Positions 59,676 through 64,000 of a DNA stretch of 64,000 nucleotides are shown in pieces. The stretch's first letter is position 1, and every line of letters starts with the position of its first letter. Below the pieces are notes generated by a model. It saw only the letters and a list, made by a program, of their open reading frames with translations, ran no database searches and was not told the origin of the DNA. The DNA is taken from the NCBI GenBank assembly GCA_035996815.1, contig DASYJF010000040.1:41792-105791 (forward strand), given 5' to 3'. The stretch is from Thermoanaerobaculia bacterium. Its GTDB lineage: Bacteria; Acidobacteriota; Thermoanaerobaculia; Gp7-AA8. Position numbers and translations under genes: made by a program.

Positions 59676-59706
59676 GAAAACGGCCCGGCGTTGCCGCCGG
59701 GCCGTT
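59676..59706 (-). terminator. Rho-independent terminator of the TonB-dependent receptor gene
   Basis: 12-bp stem AACGGCCCGGCG / CGCCGGGCCGTT, 4-nt loop, followed on the minus strand by TTTT. Confidence 0.7.
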
Positions 59707-59724
59707 CGCGTGAAGATCAGAAAA

Positions 59725-62700
59725 TCAGAACTGAATGCGCGCAGTCAGCTGATAGCGGCGCGGCGCGTAGAACGTTTTCGGCTGTGGAGCTTTGACCGCC
59801 CAATCCCCACGAACGAATGGTACGCCCTTCGTCAGAAGGTTCTGAAGAGCGGCATCCGGAATGGAGTCCGGAATGTCGATCACGGGCGTCGAAGTCGCTG
59901 ACGCATCCGTTCTCCTGATGAATGCGCTCGGATTCGAGATACGGGTCTCGTAGTCATAGCCGGTCTGCGAATTCAGGGCATTGAAGACCGCCACCTGGAA
60001 CTGAAGGTTGAGACCGCGGCTCATCGGCACGTTCTGCGTGTAATTCAGGTCCATCTGGTGATGCGACGGTGACACACGAGTTCCGGCGGGTTCCGCATAG
60101 CGATTCGTGTCACTCGTGTTGCCGGTGAGATTCGTGTATGGCAGATAGCTCTCGAGCTGATATGGCTGGCCCGACTGATAATAAGCAAACGCGCCGAGCG
60201 TTGCATGCCACGGCAGGGCGTACGTCGAGTTTACCTTCACATTGTTACGGCGGTCGCCGCGCAGATTGCCATACTTGAAGTTCCACAACTGGCGTCCGGG
60301 ACCGTCACCAATGTTCGACGAGCCAATGAACACGGCCGCGTCATTGGCACTATTGAACGAGGAGTCGTCCTGATCGAAGTTGCCGTAATAGTGGCTCCAC
60401 GTGTAAGAACCATTGATCGTCAACTTGTCGCCACGCCACTCCGACTCCGCCGTGGCTTCGTAATACTTGGTAAATGCGCCGTCGAGATTGGCGATGACGT
60501 ACGACGATCCACTTCCGATCGCATTGCGGATCGTGCCCGGGGTTGTGACCGTGCCGAGATTCGGAACGTACGGATCCTTCGGGATTCCTGCCGGAGCCTG
60601 GAAGTCGCTTCGCGCGGTGTTCTGCGTGTCTTCCAGATAGTGCGCTCCCTTGCGGTAACGGGAGTAGAGGCGCGCCGTCCAGCGCTGGCCCATCTGACGG
60701 CTCGTGCCGACCATGAACTCCTTGACCTCGGGATGCTTGATGTCATCCTCCCACCATTTGCCGGATGACGACGCGTTCGGCGCGATGCCGATCTCATTGC
60801 CGTCTTTGTCGAAATAGACTTTGAGCTGGGCCACGAGGTTGCGGTCCCACGACGCGGCGCGCGCATCCGAGTTCGCGGGAGGCATGTAGCGCGCGAAGCT
60901 CGCCCATACCGTATCGCGGCCGTTATACGCCCACGTTCCGCTGAGCCGCGGCTGCACCATGTCCGACCAGGAGAAACGCTGCATCAGATACTTGGTGCCG
61001 GGCGACGAAATAAAACCGGCAACGTTGTTGGCCTTTGCCAGTCCCTGTCCGTAGAGCGTGTCCTGACTATCGAGGAAGCCGATGTTGAAACTCCAGTTAT
61101 TCATGTGAATCGTGTCGTTGAACTCGGCGTTCTGCGACACGATCTCCGAATGAATTGTCGGGACACCTGTCGCGCCCTGCTGACTGACCTGGGCGACGAA
61201 AAACGCGGGTGTCACCACGCCGCACGCTGACGCAGGACACGTTGCGTCCGCGCCGGCATTCGCGGGGATGGAAATCAAACCCCAGCCGTTAGAAAGCTGG
61301 AAGCGATCCTCGGAATCTTTGTAGTGCTGATATCCGACGTGCAGGTCGTGTGTGATGTTGGTACCGAGCGTGTAGTTATAAGCGCCCTGCGCCGCCGTCC
61401 GATAAAAACTGTCGTCGTCGCGCGAAAACTGGCCGAAGCCGAGTGTGCCGCCGCCGCTGATCGCGCCAGCCACACAACCGAGCGCTTTGGCCTGCGCCGC
61501 GTCGGTAGGGCAGGGAAATCCGTATTTTGTGATGTACGGTTGGATAAACGCGGTTTGTGTGGCATTGACGGGAGTCGGCACGGTGAACCGCCCCAGTGAC
61601 GGGAGATTGTTGATGTCGAGATGCGTTCCCTTTGTGAAGCTCGGAACGACAGTGGCGGTGTTGGATGCGGTACCGGTTCCGGGGTTCTTGAAATCGTAGA
61701 ACTTCGCCGTGGCGAAGCTCTTCGGGCTGATGATCCACGAAGTTTCCAGCGTGCCGATCTTCAGTCCATTCACCGAATCAGTACCGGTCGTCGACGCCGA
61801 AGTGGAACCGAATGACGTCGGCGTTTCCGTGGTATGTGAGTCGCGATAGCTTCCAGTGACCAACCAGGACGACGTCGGACTGAACGTCAGCTTGCCGAAT
61901 TTGTCCGTACGTTTGAGCGCATATGCAGGGAGGTCGCCATAGACATTGGCCTGATTTGATTTTTTGAAGTCGGGCCGGTAATACGATCCATAGAAGAAGA
62001 GTCGATCCTGAATCACCGGGCCGCCGAGGCTGGCGTTCGCCCACGAACGGTCCTGCTGATACGTCAGAACAGACGCGTTCGTCTGGTCCGCGATGAAGTT
62101 CTTATTCAATAGCTCGTAGCCCGCTTCACCGGAGAACTTGTTCGTTCCCGATTTACTGACCGTGTCGATCACGAAGCCGCCCGCGCGCGCAAAATCGATC
62201 GCCTTCGCGCCGCCACGAATGACCGTTACCTGCGCCACGTCGTGATTGTTGGGGTCGGATGTGTTGACGTTGAGAATGCCGAACAGCGGCATGGTGATGT
62301 TCACGCCATCGAACATGTAGACGTTGTCCTGTCCGCTCGAGCCCGCGCTCGGACCGCGGAAGGTGTCCGGGGTGACCATCACGCCCGGGATGAACTTCTG
62401 CAGATCGCTATAGTTCTGCGTGACCGGCAACGCCCTGATCTGGTCGCCGTTCAGGCCGCTTTGCAGCGCGGCCGACTGTTTGTCGATCAGCGAGGCCTGG
62501 GCGGTTACCGTGATGTTTTCGGACACACCACTCACGCCAAGCTTCACGTCGATGGCCGCGTCCTGGCCGAGGAGAACCTCGGCGTTGCGCGTTCCCGTCT
62601 GCATCCCGCTCAGCGAGAACGTCAGCGTGTACGCCCCAGGCTGCAACTGCGGCAGACGATAGTCGCCGCTGCTGTCGCTCACGGTCACGCGCGGCTGCGG

Positions 62701-62853
62701 CAAGACGTTTGAACGGGCTTCGACGGTGACGCCGGGCAATGCCGACCCGTCTGATGCAGAGACTCTCCCGTGGAGCGAGCCCGTTTGCTGGGCAAAGGCT
62801 GCGGTGGCTGCAAAGACCACCAATAGACAACAGAACAACCTGCGAAGTTGCAT
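59725..62853 (-). CDS. TonB-dependent receptor with an N-terminal carboxypeptidase-regulatory-like domain
   Basis: The ATG at 62853 follows GGGGAG. Signal peptide ..AAFAQQ. GSLHGRVSASDGSALPGVTVEA motif, a plug region, a large barrel, C-terminal ...LTARIQF. Confidence 0.88.
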   Translation of the reverse strand: MQLRRLFCCLLVVFAATAAFAQQTGSLHGRVSASDGSALPGVTVEARSNVLPQPRVTVSDSSGDYRLPQLQPGAYTLTFSLSGMQTGTRNAEVLLGQDAAIDVKLGVSGVSENITVTAQASLIDKQSAALQSGLNGDQIRALPVTQNYSDLQKFIPGVMVTPDTFRGPSAGSSGQDNVYMFDGVNITMPLFGILNVNTSDPNNHDVAQVTVIRGGAKAIDFARAGGFVIDTVSKSGTNKFSGEAGYELLNKNFIADQTNASVLTYQQDRSWANASLGGPVIQDRLFFYGSYYRPDFKKSNQANVYGDLPAYALKRTDKFGKLTFSPTSSWLVTGSYRDSHTTETPTSFGSTSASTTGTDSVNGLKIGTLETSWIISPKSFATAKFYDFKNPGTGTASNTATVVPSFTKGTHLDINNLPSLGRFTVPTPVNATQTAFIQPYITKYGFPCPTDAAQAKALGCVAGAISGGGTLGFGQFSRDDDSFYRTAAQGAYNYTLGTNITHDLHVGYQHYKDSEDRFQLSNGWGLISIPANAGADATCPASACGVVTPAFFVAQVSQQGATGVPTIHSEIVSQNAEFNDTIHMNNWSFNIGFLDSQDTLYGQGLAKANNVAGFISSPGTKYLMQRFSWSDMVQPRLSGTWAYNGRDTVWASFARYMPPANSDARAASWDRNLVAQLKVYFDKDGNEIGIAPNASSSGKWWEDDIKHPEVKEFMVGTSRQMGQRWTARLYSRYRKGAHYLEDTQNTARSDFQAPAGIPKDPYVPNLGTVTTPGTIRNAIGSGSSYVIANLDGAFTKYYEATAESEWRGDKLTINGSYTWSHYYGNFDQDDSSFNSANDAAVFIGSSNIGDGPGRQLWNFKYGNLRGDRRNNVKVNSTYALPWHATLGAFAYYQSGQPYQLESYLPYTNLTGNTSDTNRYAEPAGTRVSPSHHQMDLNYTQNVPMSRGLNLQFQVAVFNALNSQTGYDYETRISNPSAFIRRTDASATSTPVIDIPDSIPDAALQNLLTKGVPFVRGDWAVKAPQPKTFYAPRRYQLTARIQF

Positions 62854-62940
62854 ATGATCTCCCCTCAATTGTTTGTGACCTGGGTGGACGAAGCTCGCGG
62901 AGTCTACACCCGCTCGTCCTCTGCGCAGGCCGTACAAATG

Positions 62941-63870
62941 TCAGGAAAGCGGCCAGTCCAATTCGCCGAGAAACCGCTCGTCCTCGCGCCACGATCCGTG
63001 CACGGCAACATGAAGGTCGAGGAAGACGCGCGAACCGAGGATCGACTCCAACTCCACGCGCGCCTCGGTGCCGATCGTTTTGATCATCTCGCCGCGCTTG
63101 CCGATGATGATCGGCTTCTGCGTCTCGCGCTCGACCACGATCGTCGCGTAGATCTTGATAAGGTTCTTCGCCTCATCCTCTTCCCATCGATCGACCGCCA
63201 CCGCCGTGGAGTACGGCAACTCCTCGGACATGTGCGCCAGCAGCTTCTCCCGCACAATCTCGGCCGCAAAGAAGCGCTCCGGCTGGGTGGTGAACTCCTC
63301 GGTCGGATAGATCGCTTCGCCGAGTCCGACGCTTTCGAACAAGGAGTTGACGAGCCGCTCGACGCCATCACCGGTCGATGCGGAGACGGGAACGATCTCA
63401 TCGAACAGTCCTGTCTCGCTGTACTGCTGGATGAGCGGCAGCAGTTTGTTTTTCTTCAGCAGATCGATCTTGTTGAGGATGGCGAAGCGCTTCCCCTCCC
63501 CGCCTGACGCTTTCTGGTGACGCATCATCTCGAGCACGAATTCGTCGCCGTGTCCGAACGGCTGACTGGCGTCGATCATCACCGCGACGACATCCGCCTC
63601 GGACACGCTGGCCCGCACGTGCTCCATCATCCGCACGTTCATCTTGTGCAGCGGCCGGTGGATGCCGGGCGTGTCGAGAAAGGCCAGCTGTCCGCGCGGA
63701 TCGTTGAGGATGCCGACGATGCGGTTGCGCGTCGTCTGCGGTTTCGCGGAAACGATCGACACTTTCTGCCCGAGGATGCGATTGAGGATCGTCGACTTGC
63801 CGGCGTTCGGACGTCCGACCAGCGCCACGACGCCGAAGTGCGGCTTGTTGGGTTTGGATTGATCAACCAT
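62941..63870 (-). CDS. era: GTPase Era
   Basis: GRPNAGKST, DTPG, NKID motifs and a KH C-terminal domain. Confidence 0.93.
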   Translation of the reverse strand: MVDQSKPNKPHFGVVALVGRPNAGKSTILNRILGQKVSIVSAKPQTTRNRIVGILNDPRGQLAFLDTPGIHRPLHKMNVRMMEHVRASVSEADVVAVMIDASQPFGHGDEFVLEMMRHQKASGGEGKRFAILNKIDLLKKNKLLPLIQQYSETGLFDEIVPVSASTGDGVERLVNSLFESVGLGEAIYPTEEFTTQPERFFAAEIVREKLLAHMSEELPYSTAVAVDRWEEDEAKNLIKIYATIVVERETQKPIIIGKRGEMIKTIGTEARVELESILGSRVFLDLHVAVHGSWREDERFLGELDWPLS

Positions 63871-63900
63871 TGATGTTCATCCTAGACGAAGAACCGGAAC

Positions 63901-64000
63901 GCTGGCGTCCCGCCGGCTGGCTCGGCTGCGTCCCGCTGCCGAATGGGAGGCTTGCGACGGCGTTGTGTTACCAGCGACAGTTGAGGGTTTGGCGGTTCGG
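63901..64000. repeat. P-family long palindrome, copy 2 (truncated by the window end)
   Basis: Aligns by eye at about 85% with 31478-31577, including the centre CCGAATGGGAGGCTTGC...GTTACCAGCGA. Confidence 0.8.

Overview
This is a 64-kb, very GC-rich bacterial chromosomal segment. The gene content looks like Acidobacteriota (inference only): carboxypeptidase-regulatory-domain TonB receptors, many secreted repeat proteins, BamD/YbgF, PilT paralogs. I support about 50 protein-coding genes, mostly housekeeping: lon, rpe, def, bamD, ybgF, der, era, pyk, aroF-type DAHP synthase, kdsB, pyrG, kdsA, mgtE, pilT. There is also a BlaI/BlaR1-like pair, a 1649-aa secreted metzincin, peptidases, c-type cytochromes and polytopic membrane proteins. 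I found no rRNA, tRNA, CRISPR array, transposase or integrase. Many long ORFs in the track are antisense or overlapping high-GC artefacts. The unusual part is non-genic: almost every sizeable intergenic gap, and three coding regions, hold palindromic elements whose arms are short tandem 7- or 8-mers. There are three arm families: G = GGGGAGT/ACTCCCC, T = GTGGTCA/TGACCAC, A = AGTGGATT/AATCCACT. Separately there is a 140-bp long-stem palindrome present twice and a 7 x 22-nt hairpin array displaying GGA/GGAGG loops. Two G-family palindromes carry a four-helix-bundle (23S-rRNA-IVS-protein/Avd-like) gene as cargo and bracket pyruvate kinase in inverted orientation. One of them ends in a G12 homopolymer whose length decides whether the cargo ORF is stop/start-coupled to pyk, terminated early, or fused in frame to pyk. 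All product calls rest on motif recognition by eye; no database search was run.
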